DNA from: Candidatus Latescibacterota bacterium
GTDB lineage: Bacteria; Latescibacterota; UBA2968
Assembly: GCA_965207885.1 (NCBI GenBank)
Contig: OZ242311.1
Span: 3,584,001-3,648,000, forward strand
Direction: 5' to 3'
Length of the DNA stretch: 64,000 nucleotides
Below are positions 20,663 to 32,014 of this stretch, one piece after another (the first letter of the stretch is position 1; every line of letters begins with the position of its first letter). The notes beneath the pieces are model-generated. The model was given only the letters and a program-made list of their open reading frames with translations. It had not been told where the DNA came from and did not search any database. The position numbers were made by a program, and so were the translations under genes.

Positions 20663-21733
20663 GTGCGTATTATGAGCCGCTATGTCGTCGTCCAATTTGC
20701 AATGCCTTTTGGCCTCAGTTTGCTAGCTTTTACCACTGTTTTTGTCGTAATTGATCTGGTAGATCGCCTCAGCGCGTTTATAGACCGCGAAGTTGGCTTG
20801 GGAACAATTCTATCTTATTATTTCTGCTATTTGCCCTATATTGTTGTCCTCGTGCTTCCAATGGCGGTCTTGCTCGCGGGGTTGTTCTGTATGGGCGGGC
20901 TGATACAGCGCGGGGAATTGCTGGCAATGAAAAGTGCCGGCATAAGTCTTTATCAAGTCGTGATTCCCTTGCAAATACTGGCCCTTGGAATCAGTATTTT
21001 GGCCGCTATAATGGCAGATCAAGTCGTGCCGCGAGCAAATCGGGCGCGATCGAAAATCGAGCAACCGCGCCGATCAGCAGTCGGGCCTCAGTCCATCCGC
21101 GTGAAAATCGCGTTGCGAGATACGGGCAGGCGCGTTTTGTCAATGAGAGAATACGACGCCCAGGCCATGAAAGGACGGCAGGTGTTGCTCGACAAATATA
21201 AAGGCGGGTCACTCGCAGAGCGCGTTCGCGCCGAAGAAGCGGTTTGGACCGCCGAAGAATGGCATTTTATGAATGGAGATCGGCGCGTATTTTCAGATAA
21301 AAAAGAATTTTATCGCACATTTCGCGTGTGGGCGGCAAAAGATATAACACTAACACCTGAAGACCTCGTACGCGATGTCGTGCCCGAAGATCAGATGACG
21401 TATTCTGAACTGACGGATTTTATCCATCGCAAATCGCGCAACGGCAGCCAGACGCTTCGAGAATCTGTGGCACTTCACATGCGTTTGGCATTTCCATTTG
21501 CGAACTTCGTTATCGCCCTTTTTGGCCTGCCTCTGGCCTCTCGCATGCAGCGGACGGGACGCCCCATCCAAATTGGCATGTGCCTGCTAATCTGCTTTGC
21601 ATTTTACGGGTGCATTCAACTCGGGCGCGCTATGGGTTGGAACGATGTGCTATCTCCTGCCTGGGGAGCCTGGGGGGCAAATGCGATCTTTGGCGCAATC
21701 GGGATCATCACGCTTCTCACAACGCGCAAATAG
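20663..21733 (+). CDS. lptG: LptF/LptG family LPS export permease (LptG)
   Basis: GTG start after AGGAG; GELLAMKSAGIS, RLAFPF and AWGAN motifs; tandem with lptF. Confidence 0.85.
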   Translation: MRIMSRYVVVQFAMPFGLSLLAFTTVFVVIDLVDRLSAFIDREVGLGTILSYYFCYLPYIVVLVLPMAVLLAGLFCMGGLIQRGELLAMKSAGISLYQVVIPLQILALGISILAAIMADQVVPRANRARSKIEQPRRSAVGPQSIRVKIALRDTGRRVLSMREYDAQAMKGRQVLLDKYKGGSLAERVRAEEAVWTAEEWHFMNGDRRVFSDKKEFYRTFRVWAAKDITLTPEDLVRDVVPEDQMTYSELTDFIHRKSRNGSQTLRESVALHMRLAFPFANFVIALFGLPLASRMQRTGRPIQIGMCLLICFAFYGCIQLGRAMGWNDVLSPAWGAWGANAIFGAIGIITLLTTRK

Positions 21734-21760
21734 TTAACACCTTAACATTCGAGGATCCAC

Positions 21761-23212
21761 ATGAAATACAATATTCTCCTGATGATCTCCGATCAGCACA
21801 GCAAATATCACATTGGTGCTTACGGAGACCCCCTCGTGCGCACGCCCCATCTCGACCAACTGACAGAAAACGGTATGCGCTTTACCAGTGCGTATTGCGC
21901 CTCACCCGTTTGCGTGCCCAGCCGCATGTCATTTATGACGTGCCGCATGCCTTCGGCCAATCGCGTGTGGAACAACAATCACCTGCTGCATTCGGGCATT
22001 CCCACCTGGGCACATGCCATGGGATTGGCCGGGTATGAAACATCGCTTATTGGGCGGATGCACTTCAACGGACACGACCAGCGACACGGCTTTGAAAATC
22101 GTCCCTTCGGCGAATACGGTGCCACACATCCGGGTGCAAACAGGCAGGGCGCGCCCCTCTTCAAAAGCATTTCAACGGCGACCACCGGACAAAATCGCAC
22201 GGCCGTCGAAGTTGCCGGACGGGGATATGGCTCATATCACGTTTTTGACGAAATGGTCGCGGAAAAAACCAGCGCGTATTTGCGCGACAAGGCGAAAAAT
22301 CCCGGCGACCGCCCCTTTGCTGCCGTGGCGGGATTTCTGTTGCCTCACTGTCCCTTCATCGCACACAAAGACCTTTTTGATTATTATTACAACCGCGTCG
22401 ATATCCCCCAACACACGCCCAATGAACCCGCAGCCATTCGCAAATTCAAACAACTTCGCGGCCTCTATCCCCCCCTTGACGAAGAACGCATCCGCGTTGC
22501 CCGCGCCGCTTATTTTGGCATGTGCGAATACCTCGACCTGCAAATCGGGCACATCCTTCAGACCCTGCGAGAAACGGGCCTTGACCGCAACACTCTGGTC
22601 ATTTATTGCTCGGATCATGGCGAAATGGCCGGAGAACACGGCTGCTGGTGGAAAAGCAGTTACTACGAAGGCTCTGTCGGCGTTCCCCTCATCACAAGCC
22701 TTCCAGGCGTAATCGCCCCAAATACGGAAAGCAACCAGATATGTAATCTGATGGACATTGGTCCCACCCTGCTCGACATGGCAGATGGAAATCCCTTGCC
22801 GGACATTCACGGGCACTCGCTCTGGCCGTTGCTTACAGGGCGAGATACAGTCGATCACCCCAACGAAACATTCAGTGAACACCTGGGGATAGAACGCACA
22901 CCCTCGTGTATGATTCGAACGGGACCCTGGAAATGTTACACATACCACGACGATACCGCGCCTGTTCTGTACAATCTTGAAGACGATCCCAATGAAATGT
23001 GCGACCTGGGTACCGATCCCAATTATGAACACATCCGCGACCGCCTCATATCCCGCATTTTTGAACACTGGGATCCCGAGTATGTACTCAAAGAATGCGC
23101 GAATATCGACCGCGATATTCGCCTGATTACCCGCTGGGGACAGACCATTCAACCCATCTTGCCCGATAGCGTCTCGGTGCCCGATGACGCTGAAGATATT
23201 GAATGTCTGTGA
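21761..23212 (+). CDS. Cys-type sulfatase (choline-sulfatase-like)
   Basis: NILLMISDQH, CVPSR (CxPxR), SDHGE and LYNLEDDPNE motifs. Confidence 0.92.
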   Translation: MKYNILLMISDQHSKYHIGAYGDPLVRTPHLDQLTENGMRFTSAYCASPVCVPSRMSFMTCRMPSANRVWNNNHLLHSGIPTWAHAMGLAGYETSLIGRMHFNGHDQRHGFENRPFGEYGATHPGANRQGAPLFKSISTATTGQNRTAVEVAGRGYGSYHVFDEMVAEKTSAYLRDKAKNPGDRPFAAVAGFLLPHCPFIAHKDLFDYYYNRVDIPQHTPNEPAAIRKFKQLRGLYPPLDEERIRVARAAYFGMCEYLDLQIGHILQTLRETGLDRNTLVIYCSDHGEMAGEHGCWWKSSYYEGSVGVPLITSLPGVIAPNTESNQICNLMDIGPTLLDMADGNPLPDIHGHSLWPLLTGRDTVDHPNETFSEHLGIERTPSCMIRTGPWKCYTYHDDTAPVLYNLEDDPNEMCDLGTDPNYEHIRDRLISRIFEHWDPEYVLKECANIDRDIRLITRWGQTIQPILPDSVSVPDDAEDIECL

Positions 23213-23377
23213 AGCGAGAGACTGGGACTGGGGAAGACACAGGGACCACTGACGGCTAATCACTTTTGTTTTTAAGTGACAAATGATTCTTTTTTACTTT
23301 ACTTTAACACCCCCAAATTATCCGTTGTCGCATTTGACTGAATAGTTCTTCGAACTATTTTTACAGAGGGCATATTT

Positions 23378-26185
23378 ATGCAACGCAAGTTTTTAATCCC
23401 AACCATATTTGTTATTGTCATCGGGTTCGCGTGGTTATCATCCTATTATACCGACTGGCTGTGGTTCTCGAGTCTCGATTTTCAAGCTGTCTTCTGGACC
23501 ACCCTGAAAGCGCGTTTCCTGTCCGGCATATTTTACGGTCTTATTGCCGCTGTAGTCATTGGCATCAACCTCCATTATGTCGGACGGTTCACCCGCTCCG
23601 CTCTGGAAGCAGACGCCTCACTTTACGAAGGTGAAATGCCTGGCGCAAGCCTGTTGCGCTCAAATACTGGCTATATGTTAATCGCCGCTGTCCTCGTCCT
23701 CATTATGGGCAATGTCGGATCCTCCCAGTGGCCCACCCTGTTGCGTTACTGGTATGGGGGATCATTTGGCACTTCCGATCCCATCTTTGGACGCGACGTT
23801 GGGTTTTATGTCTTTGATTTGCCCTTTTACCAATTTACAGTCGGTTTTCTCATCGGCACAGTAATCGTATCAGCCCTGGCATCAGGGGTTATTTACATGG
23901 CCACAGGCGGTATTCGCTTGCAGGAAAGCATTCAGGTCATGCCGCGCCCCGTCGCACACCTGTCTGCCCTTGCCGGGCTATTCTTGCTGTTTTCGGCTAT
24001 CAATTATTACCTCAAAATCTACGGCCTGCTCTATTCTCCGGGCGATGTCTTTTTCGGTGCTGGGTTTGTCGATGTCAACGTTCAGCGCTGGATATATTGG
24101 CTCCTCATCATTGCCTTTGTCGCAACCGGCATCATGCTCTTGCGAAATATCAAAGCACGTGAAGCGCGCCCACTTCTCATCGGTGTTGGCGTCTTTCTCG
24201 TTGGAACCATAGGACTGGGCAGCATCCCGGGTGCAATTGTGCAAAAACTCATCGTAGATCCCACCGAACTCCAGCGCGAAACCCCTTACATCAAGAATAA
24301 CATCGACTTTACGCGAAAAGCATACGCCCTCGACAGGATTGTGGAACAACCTTTTGAAGCATCCGAGGATCTCACCGCAGCGGACATTGCCGCCAATCCT
24401 TTGACCATCCGCAACATCCGCATCTGGGATGAGCGCCCAATGGTGCAAACCTATCAGCAGGTTCAGGAAATTCGTCCCTATTATGTCTTTCCCAGCGTTG
24501 ATGTTGACCGCTACACTGTTGACGGCGTATATCGACAAGTGATGCTCTCGGGACGCGAACTCGACACCAATCGCCTACCGGCTCAGGCGCGCAACTGGGT
24601 CAATGAAACCCTGCAATATACACACGGATATGGGGTTGCCATGAGCCCGGTTACCCACGTCACCCCCGAGGGTTTGCCAGCGTTTATGATCAAAGATATC
24701 CCCCCGGTAGCCGACGCAGCAGAGCTACAAATTTCCCGTCCGGAAATCTACTATGGCGAACGCACCTACGGCAACGTAGTCGTCAAAACCAGCGCCGAAG
24801 AATTTGACTATCCCCAGCGCGATGGCAATGCGTTTACCACCTACGAAGGCAATGGCGGGGTACCCATGGGGAGTTTCATCAACCGCCTGGCATTTACCAT
24901 TCGCATGATGGATCCCAATTTGCTCTTGAGTACCTACATCCTATCTGAGAGCAAAATCATGTACCACCGGCAGATCGCCCAACGCGCACGCGAGATCGCG
25001 CCCTTCCTCTTCTTCGACTCCGATCCCTATCTCGTTATCTCCGAAGGCCGTCTGTACTGGATTTTAGATGCTTACACAACCACCAACATGTATCCCTATT
25101 CCAAACGCATGGGTCGGTCGCAGATCAACTACATCCGCAATTCGGTCAAGGTCGTCATGGATGCCTATCACGGTTCTGTCACCTTTTATCAGGCTGAGGA
25201 TGAACCCGTGATTGCCGCTTATGCCGCGATATTCCCCACCCTGTTCAAATCAATTGACACCATGCCTGCTGATTTGCGCGCCCATGTGCGGTATCCCGTT
25301 GACCTCTTCCGCATTCAAGCGACGATGTATCGCGAATATCACATGCAGGAAGTGCAGGTGTTTTACAACCAGGAAGACCTGTGGGAAATCCCAAATGAAA
25401 TCTATGGCCAAAACGACCGCACACAACCGATGGAACCGTATTATATCATCGTCAAATTTCCCGGTGAAGAACGCGAGGAATTTCTTCTGCTCGTGCCCTT
25501 CACACCCGCCCAAAAGGACAACATGATCGGCTGGCTTGCCGCGCGATGCGACGGGGAAAACTACGGTGACTTGCTGGTCTATCTCCTGCCCAAAGAAAAA
25601 CTCATCTTCGGTCCGATGCAACTCGAAGCCCGCATCGATCAGCAGCCAGATATATCGAGCCAACTCACCCTGTGGGGACAGGGCGGCTCCGAAGTCATTC
25701 GCGGCAATCTTTTGGCCGTACCCATCGAATCATCTTTCCTGTACGTTGAACCCATCTACCTGCAAGCCCGCCAGGAATCCGAGCAATTCCAACAACAGGG
25801 CTTTGAGGGCGAAGGCGGTGGACAGCCGCAGCAGGGACAACCACCGCGTCAACTCCAGCAAAGCACGGCCATCCCAGAACTCAAGCAAGTGATCGTCGCA
25901 TTTGGCGGACAGGTCATCATGCGCGATACATTTGAAGATGCCCTCAACGAACTGTTTGGTTCTGGTGCGGGGAAAACCCTGGAATCCCCAGGTTCCGACG
26001 AAACATCCACAACAACATCAGAACAACCCGCTGAACGCACCGCAGCAGCGTTGGCCTCAGAAGCAGATATGCAATTCCAGCGCGTGCGGGAATCGCTTCA
26101 AAAGTGGGATTGGACAACCGCGGGTGAAGCGATGAAGCAGTTGGAACAATCGATTCTCGAATTAAAAAAGACACTGGAGCAATAA
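23378..26185 (+). CDS. UPF0182 family membrane protein
   Basis: YTDWLWF, DPIFGRDVGFYVF, NIRIWD, YTHGYG, NYIRNSVK and VIRGNLL motifs. Confidence 0.92.
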   Translation: MQRKFLIPTIFVIVIGFAWLSSYYTDWLWFSSLDFQAVFWTTLKARFLSGIFYGLIAAVVIGINLHYVGRFTRSALEADASLYEGEMPGASLLRSNTGYMLIAAVLVLIMGNVGSSQWPTLLRYWYGGSFGTSDPIFGRDVGFYVFDLPFYQFTVGFLIGTVIVSALASGVIYMATGGIRLQESIQVMPRPVAHLSALAGLFLLFSAINYYLKIYGLLYSPGDVFFGAGFVDVNVQRWIYWLLIIAFVATGIMLLRNIKAREARPLLIGVGVFLVGTIGLGSIPGAIVQKLIVDPTELQRETPYIKNNIDFTRKAYALDRIVEQPFEASEDLTAADIAANPLTIRNIRIWDERPMVQTYQQVQEIRPYYVFPSVDVDRYTVDGVYRQVMLSGRELDTNRLPAQARNWVNETLQYTHGYGVAMSPVTHVTPEGLPAFMIKDIPPVADAAELQISRPEIYYGERTYGNVVVKTSAEEFDYPQRDGNAFTTYEGNGGVPMGSFINRLAFTIRMMDPNLLLSTYILSESKIMYHRQIAQRAREIAPFLFFDSDPYLVISEGRLYWILDAYTTTNMYPYSKRMGRSQINYIRNSVKVVMDAYHGSVTFYQAEDEPVIAAYAAIFPTLFKSIDTMPADLRAHVRYPVDLFRIQATMYREYHMQEVQVFYNQEDLWEIPNEIYGQNDRTQPMEPYYIIVKFPGEEREEFLLLVPFTPAQKDNMIGWLAARCDGENYGDLLVYLLPKEKLIFGPMQLEARIDQQPDISSQLTLWGQGGSEVIRGNLLAVPIESSFLYVEPIYLQARQESEQFQQQGFEGEGGGQPQQGQPPRQLQQSTAIPELKQVIVAFGGQVIMRDTFEDALNELFGSGAGKTLESPGSDETSTTTSEQPAERTAAALASEADMQFQRVRESLQKWDWTTAGEAMKQLEQSILELKKTLEQ

Positions 26186-26211
26186 CCTCTCCAGTCCATT
26201 TTTCCCGATTC

Positions 26212-26253
26212 AAACATGGATAGGCGGAATAATTCTGTCTATCCGTGTTTTTT
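26212..26253 (+). terminator. Stem-loop with T-tract after the UPF0182 gene
   Basis: AAACATGGATAGGCGGAAT/ATTCTGTCTATCCGTGTTT (with G-U pairs), then TTT. Confidence 0.6.
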
Positions 26254-26276
26254 AGGACTCTACTGAAAGGAAAAAA

Positions 26277-27254
26277 ATGGCTGTAAAAGTCGGATTTATC
26301 GGAACTGGCGGCATTTCACGCCCCCACCGGAAACATCTCAAAAATATGGATGACGTAGAAGTGGTCGCAATGTGCGATCTGGAAGAAGACCGCGTCGCAG
26401 AAGCCGCCGAAGAATGGAATGCAACTGTCTATACAGATTACAAAACAATGCTTGAAAACGAAGAAATGGACGCGCTATACGTGTGCATCCCGCCCTTTGC
26501 ACACCAAGAGCAGGAAATCATGGCCGCTGAAAAAGGCATAGCTCTCTTCGTGGAAAAACCCGTGTCTGTCACAATGGAAAAAGCCCGCGAAGTCGATGCG
26601 GCCATTCGCAAAAACAACGTCGTATCATGCGTTGGATTTCAAGGACGCTATTTAGACATTATCGCACAGACAAAAGACCTGCTCAAAGATCGCCCCGTTG
26701 GCCTGGCAATGGGATACTGGATGGGAGGAATGCCGCAAGTGCCCTGGTGGCGGCGCAAAGAAATGTCGGGCGGACAGGCCGTTGAGCAAACCATTCACGT
26801 CACCGATATGGCGCGGTATCTCTTTGGCGACGTAAAATCCGTCTATGCGGCCGGGCGCACGGGTTTAATGACCGACGTGCCCGACTACAACATCGAAGAC
26901 AGCAGCGCAGCCACGCTCGTTTTTGAAAACGGTCTGGCCGCCACCATCTTCTCCGCGTGTTTTCTATCGGGAGGGCGAGGCAGAGGCGGCATTGACATCT
27001 TCACCAAAGACATGAACATCGAATATCGCGAGCGCAGATCCATCACCATCATTCAAAATGGCAATTCGGAACTGGTCGAAGTGCAAAACGATTTCTGGCA
27101 AGACATGGACAATGACTTTATAGATGCCGTGCGAAAAGGCGACGACTCCGCACTCAAAACCACGTATGCCGATGCCGTTAAAACACAGGAAGTCGTCATG
27201 GCCGTAAACCGATCAATAGAAACGGGCGAAGTAGTTCAGATATCGGATATGTGA
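26277..27254 (+). CDS. Gfo/Idh/MocA family oxidoreductase
   Basis: VGFIGTGGI, FVEKP and EQTIH motifs. Confidence 0.92.
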   Translation: MAVKVGFIGTGGISRPHRKHLKNMDDVEVVAMCDLEEDRVAEAAEEWNATVYTDYKTMLENEEMDALYVCIPPFAHQEQEIMAAEKGIALFVEKPVSVTMEKAREVDAAIRKNNVVSCVGFQGRYLDIIAQTKDLLKDRPVGLAMGYWMGGMPQVPWWRRKEMSGGQAVEQTIHVTDMARYLFGDVKSVYAAGRTGLMTDVPDYNIEDSSAATLVFENGLAATIFSACFLSGGRGRGGIDIFTKDMNIEYRERRSITIIQNGNSELVEVQNDFWQDMDNDFIDAVRKGDDSALKTTYADAVKTQEVVMAVNRSIETGEVVQISDM

Positions 27255-27258
27255 GGAA

Positions 27259-28398
27259 TCACAGCAAAAACCGCTCGAGGCGATATCGCCTCAAAAAATC
27301 TATTCGAGCACCATCCAAAATCTCAATCGCCGCGCATTCGCCAATTAAAGGTGCGAGCGTAACCCCGCTGTGTGTCACAGACAAATAGAGATTTGGAACC
27401 CGTTGAGCAAATCCGAGAATCGGGTGTCCGTCCTTTGGAATTGGCCGTCGCCCGCGCCGGACCTCGCGCACGGGCACGCCTTCAATTGCAGGCAAAAAAC
27501 GCGCCACGGCATCGACCACCTGCTGCACTTCTCGATCATCCTGCCCAAGCGAACCGCCATCGTACACCCGACCATGCGCCCCGCCGTGAAGCATCACCGA
27601 ACCGTTGGGCAACTGCCTGAAATTGGTCTGCGGAGGACAATCTCGGGGCGAATGCACCACCGATGCGTTTTCAAAAACAGGTGGCACAGGCTCTGTCAAA
27701 ATCGTACATCCAAACGTGTAATACACAGGCACATCAATATCTGCCATTGCGGCGAGACCCGTCGTATCTGCCCCCCCTGCAAGCACAACTGCATCACACG
27801 CAATCTCTCCCCTGTCCGTCACCACAGCCTCTATATCCGCCCCCGAACGCGCCAGCCCTGTGACGTGTGTCTGAAAAAGAATATCCGCACCCCATTCCTC
27901 CAACCGTTCGACACATGCCCCAACAACAGCCCCTGTATCTGCGTGTCCTTCTATATCCGTATAAGAAGCTGCCGTCACAACGCCCGGCGTCAAACGCGGC
28001 TCTAATGATTCAACCTCCCCCCCATTCAACAGACAGATGGGATATCCCCAAGACTGCAAAACGCCCGCGCGCTTCACAATTTCCCGCGCCCCATCATCCG
28101 TAGATGCCCACCGCAATTCACCGCCCCATGTCGCGCTTTGCGGTATGCCCAGTCGCTCGACAAATCGCGCCCACATATCCAACGAGCGCCGGTTGAAAAG
28201 GTGATAATGTCTGGGATTTTTATCACGCGCATTCATCCATGCAAAGGATACCGCGGTTGCTGGTTGAACTTTTGATTTCTTCCCAGGTTCGCCCGCGTCG
28301 ATCAGCGTGACCTTTGCACCGCGTCTCGCCAGATGAAATGCGATTGATGCCCCTACGATACCCGCGCCAATCACAGCGATATTTGAAAAATTGTTCAT
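27259..28398 (-). CDS. FAD-dependent oxidoreductase (DAO/glycine oxidase-like)
   Basis: VIGAGIVG, GRRPIPKDGHP and HSGVTLAP motifs; start placed at MNNFSN. Confidence 0.88.
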   Translation of the reverse strand: MNNFSNIAVIGAGIVGASIAFHLARRGAKVTLIDAGEPGKKSKVQPATAVSFAWMNARDKNPRHYHLFNRRSLDMWARFVERLGIPQSATWGGELRWASTDDGAREIVKRAGVLQSWGYPICLLNGGEVESLEPRLTPGVVTAASYTDIEGHADTGAVVGACVERLEEWGADILFQTHVTGLARSGADIEAVVTDRGEIACDAVVLAGGADTTGLAAMADIDVPVYYTFGCTILTEPVPPVFENASVVHSPRDCPPQTNFRQLPNGSVMLHGGAHGRVYDGGSLGQDDREVQQVVDAVARFLPAIEGVPVREVRRGRRPIPKDGHPILGFAQRVPNLYLSVTHSGVTLAPLIGECAAIEILDGARIDFLRRYRLERFLL

Positions 28399-28471
28399 TT
28401 CCCTTTCACCCTTATAAAGAAAACGGGTTCCCCCCAAAGGCGAACCCGTTTTATCTTGCCGCACAGCTCAA

Positions 28472-30010
28472 TTATTTATACACCGTCAACTCACCCGCCT
28501 TGTAACGCGCCCAGTATTCTTTGAGCACCGCCTTGATCTGTGGACTCAAGATAATGCCGCCGATAATATTCGGAAACGCCATACCCAAAATCATCGCATC
28601 GGAAAAATCGAGCACACTCTGTAATGCCGTAACAGCCCCGATAAATACAAAACACACAAAAATAATGCGATAAGCCAGAATAGATTTTATACCAAAGAGA
28701 TATTCCCACGCTCGCTCGCCGTAATAAGACCAGGAGATCATAGTCGAATACGCAAAAAGCATCACGGCAACCGCGAGCACATAACGCGCCCCGGGAATAA
28801 ACGAATCAAATGCCGCAGCCGTCATTTTGGCCCCTACAATAAATCCACCCTGTCCCTGAAATTCAGCAAACTGATAAGCACCTGTAATCATACAAACCAA
28901 TGCCGTCATCAAACAGATAATGATGGTATCGATAAAAGGTCCTATCATCGCCACCATACCTTCACGTGCGGGCTCATCGGTCTGCGCTGCAGCGTGCGCA
29001 AATGCCGCAGAACCCAGACCAGCCTCATTGGAAAAAGCCGCCCTGCGTACCCCCTGGACCAGAACCCCCAGGAAGCCACCATACATAGCTTCAGGTGTAA
29101 ACGCCTGTGAAATGATAGTCGCAATGAGCCCGGGGACTTCTGTAATATTCGTCAGAATAATCAAAATTGCGGTCAGAACATATAGCCCACACATAAAGGG
29201 CACAACGCGCGATGTCACATTGCCAATGCGCTTGATACCACCAATAATGACAACGGCGACCATCGACGCCATAAAAAGCCCGATAACCCAGTTATATGTC
29301 TTAAATCCTTCGGCCACAGTGCCGAGGATTTCAACTGTCTGATTTGCCTGAAACATATTGCCGCCCCCCAGAGAGCCGCCAATCGTCAACAGGGCAAAAA
29401 TGATGGCAAATGGACGCCCCAGTGCCCTGAGACCCTTTCCTCCAAGACCGTGCTCCAGATAGTACATCGGGCCACCCGACACGCGGCCATCGGGATGGAT
29501 TTTCCTGTGCATAACCGCCAGCGTACAGGACGCCAGCTTTGACGCCATGCCAAAAAATGCCGAGACAATCATCCAGAAAACAGCACCGGGTCCTCCTGCA
29601 CTCACCGCAATGGCCACGCCCGCAATATTCCCCAATCCCACTGTGGCAGACAGCGCACTGGTCAATGCCTTAAAATGAGAAATCTCACCCGGATGATCGG
29701 GGTGATCATATCGTCCGCGAATCACATTGAGCGAATGCCGGAATCCCCTCAACGTAATCCAGCCAAAATAAAAAGAGTAATAGATACCCCCCCCGGTCAA
29801 CACAATAATGATCAATGGCAAGTTCAGGCCAAAATCAAAGAAAAAAATCGTAAACAGGAGATTGGCAGCACCGCCCACGTAATCATTCAATATTCCGATA
29901 AACATCTGGATCACTCCAGACGACTCTCCGTATGATGCATCCTGTGCAAACGCGGCACTGGACACAAACGGCCCCACCAGCAAGGCAAATAGACAAAATC
30001 TAAAAGACAT
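28472..30010 (-). CDS. Alanine/glycine:cation symporter (AGCS family)
   Basis: ATVGLGNIAGVA, GGPGAVFWM, GGPMYY and FSNEAGLGS motifs; start MSFRF after GGAGG. Confidence 0.93.
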   Translation of the reverse strand: MSFRFCLFALLVGPFVSSAAFAQDASYGESSGVIQMFIGILNDYVGGAANLLFTIFFFDFGLNLPLIIIVLTGGGIYYSFYFGWITLRGFRHSLNVIRGRYDHPDHPGEISHFKALTSALSATVGLGNIAGVAIAVSAGGPGAVFWMIVSAFFGMASKLASCTLAVMHRKIHPDGRVSGGPMYYLEHGLGGKGLRALGRPFAIIFALLTIGGSLGGGNMFQANQTVEILGTVAEGFKTYNWVIGLFMASMVAVVIIGGIKRIGNVTSRVVPFMCGLYVLTAILIILTNITEVPGLIATIISQAFTPEAMYGGFLGVLVQGVRRAAFSNEAGLGSAAFAHAAAQTDEPAREGMVAMIGPFIDTIIICLMTALVCMITGAYQFAEFQGQGGFIVGAKMTAAAFDSFIPGARYVLAVAVMLFAYSTMISWSYYGERAWEYLFGIKSILAYRIIFVCFVFIGAVTALQSVLDFSDAMILGMAFPNIIGGIILSPQIKAVLKEYWARYKAGELTVYK

Positions 30011-30200
30011 AGACCCTCCTTCTGTTTCTAATTTATACTCTTCAACGGAACACGGCATGCGACTAACGGAAAACATAATACAAACAAATTGGGGGGATGT
30101 ATAGCACTTTTACACCCTCCGTGACTTTATCCTTGCACTTTCCCTTTGCGTTGAGCAGATTAAATATCCGGATAAAACAACCATACAGTATGGAATACAC

Positions 30201-31973
30201 ATGTCAAATTCACTACTTCATCGCTATCTGCCTTTTCTCAACTGGATTGGAGAACTCAAAGATCGGCACATCCTGCGCGCCGATCTTATTGCGGGCATCA
30301 CCCTGTCGCTGGTATTGATCCCCCAGGCCATGGCCAATGCCCAACTGGCCGAGATGCCGCCCTACTACGGCTTCTATGCATCATTTGTCCCCATCATCGT
30401 CAGCGCCCTCTTCGGGTCTTCTCGCCAACTCTCCACAGGCCCGGTCGCGCTCGTCGCCTTGATGGTCGCCTCTGAATTGGGACAACTGGCGGTTGACGAA
30501 CAGGCGTATATCGCATCAGCTATTCTGCTGGCTCTCATGGTCGGCCTCTTGCAATTTGGGCTGGGCGTATTGCGCCTGGGCGTATTGGTGAATTTTCTCT
30601 CACATCCGGTGGTACTCGGCTTTACCAATGCCGCAGCCATCATCATCGGCACATCGCAAATCGACAAATTATTCGGCGTCACCGTAGAACGCGGCGGCGC
30701 ACATTACGAACGCATGATACGCATGTGGGACGTCATATCAGCGGGCTTTCACTCCCCCACCCTGATCATGGGCCTCTCTGCCATCGCATTATTATTTCTC
30801 TTGCGCCGCATCAGCCCGCAAATTCCCGGTGTACTGATTGTCGCCATCACAACAACAGGCGTCTCGTGGCTCATCGGATTTGAGCAAAATTACGGCGGAC
30901 AGGTCGTGGGCAACATCCCCGAAGGCATCCCCGCATTTGCACTGCCAATAATTGACTGGGGCATCGTACCACATATTCTCAGTGCCACCATAACCATCGC
31001 ACTCATTGGATATCTGGAAACCATTTCAATAGCCAAAGCCATTGCTACGCAAACCCGCCAACGCATTGACGCCAACCAGGAATTGCTCGCACAGGGCTTG
31101 AGCAATATTGCCGGTAGTTTTTTTCAAAGTTTCCCCGTCTCCGGCTCTTTTGTCCGTTCAACCGTCACATTGCGCGCTGGCGGACAAACCGGCTTTGCGT
31201 CTGTCATCGCCGGGCTGGTCGTTATACTTCTTCTGCTCTTCTTCACCCAACTCTTATACCACATGCCCCTATCCACCCTGGCGGCAATTGTCATCGTCTC
31301 TGTCACCGCACTGATTAACGTCAAACCCATTGTAAGCGCGTGGAAAGTACACAAACACGACGGCATTGTCGCCATATCGTCATTTGCGCTCACCCTCATC
31401 TTCGCGCCACACCTCGACCAGGGCATATTGATCGGTGCGACCTTGTCAATCGCCCTCTATCTCTATCGCACGATGAAACCGCGCGTGGCCTTCCTCGCCC
31501 GCCATCCCGACGGTGCGTTTCGAGACGCAGTAGAACACAATCTGGAATTGTGCGATGCAATAGCCACCATCCGATTTGATGGCTCACTGTATTTTGGTAG
31601 CGCGGGTGCTTTTGAAGACACTGTATTGGAACGGATTCGCGATCCCAAATTGCGCTATGTAATTGTCGATGCCGAAGGCGTAAATGAGATTGATGCGACT
31701 GGGAAAGAAATGCTGGTCGGCGTGGTACAGCGGCTCCATGAGGCCGGCATTGAAGTACTCTTCACGCGTACAAAAAAGCAGATCATGGACGCGCTCAATC
31801 GCGCAGGCGTACTCGAAGAAATTGGTTCTGACCGATTTTACACCACCCTCGACCGCGTATTAGCTCATGTTTGGGAGGCATTGGAAGATCAGTATCCCTG
31901 CGACAGATCGTGCCCTGCCGAATGTCCACTCCATCGCCCCAGGCCAGATGGAGACGTATTTTATCGCGTGTAG
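30201..31973 (+). CDS. SulP family anion transporter with STAS domain
   Basis: DLIAG, IPQAMA, FGSSRQLSTGP and NQELLAQG motifs; C-terminal STAS (IDATG). Confidence 0.93.
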   Translation: MSNSLLHRYLPFLNWIGELKDRHILRADLIAGITLSLVLIPQAMANAQLAEMPPYYGFYASFVPIIVSALFGSSRQLSTGPVALVALMVASELGQLAVDEQAYIASAILLALMVGLLQFGLGVLRLGVLVNFLSHPVVLGFTNAAAIIIGTSQIDKLFGVTVERGGAHYERMIRMWDVISAGFHSPTLIMGLSAIALLFLLRRISPQIPGVLIVAITTTGVSWLIGFEQNYGGQVVGNIPEGIPAFALPIIDWGIVPHILSATITIALIGYLETISIAKAIATQTRQRIDANQELLAQGLSNIAGSFFQSFPVSGSFVRSTVTLRAGGQTGFASVIAGLVVILLLLFFTQLLYHMPLSTLAAIVIVSVTALINVKPIVSAWKVHKHDGIVAISSFALTLIFAPHLDQGILIGATLSIALYLYRTMKPRVAFLARHPDGAFRDAVEHNLELCDAIATIRFDGSLYFGSAGAFEDTVLERIRDPKLRYVIVDAEGVNEIDATGKEMLVGVVQRLHEAGIEVLFTRTKKQIMDALNRAGVLEEIGSDRFYTTLDRVLAHVWEALEDQYPCDRSCPAECPLHRPRPDGDVFYRV

Positions 31974-32014
31974 AAAAACCCGGTCCTTTTGAGTGTACAA
32001 ACTATAACATTTTT

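Noticed and set aside
22232-23263. 343-aa minus-strand ORF
   Set aside because: Antisense shadow of the sulfatase with no recognisable motifs.
25780-25865. Q/G-rich stretch in the UPF0182 protein
   Set aside because: A low-complexity in-frame linker, with no repeat unit or intein features.
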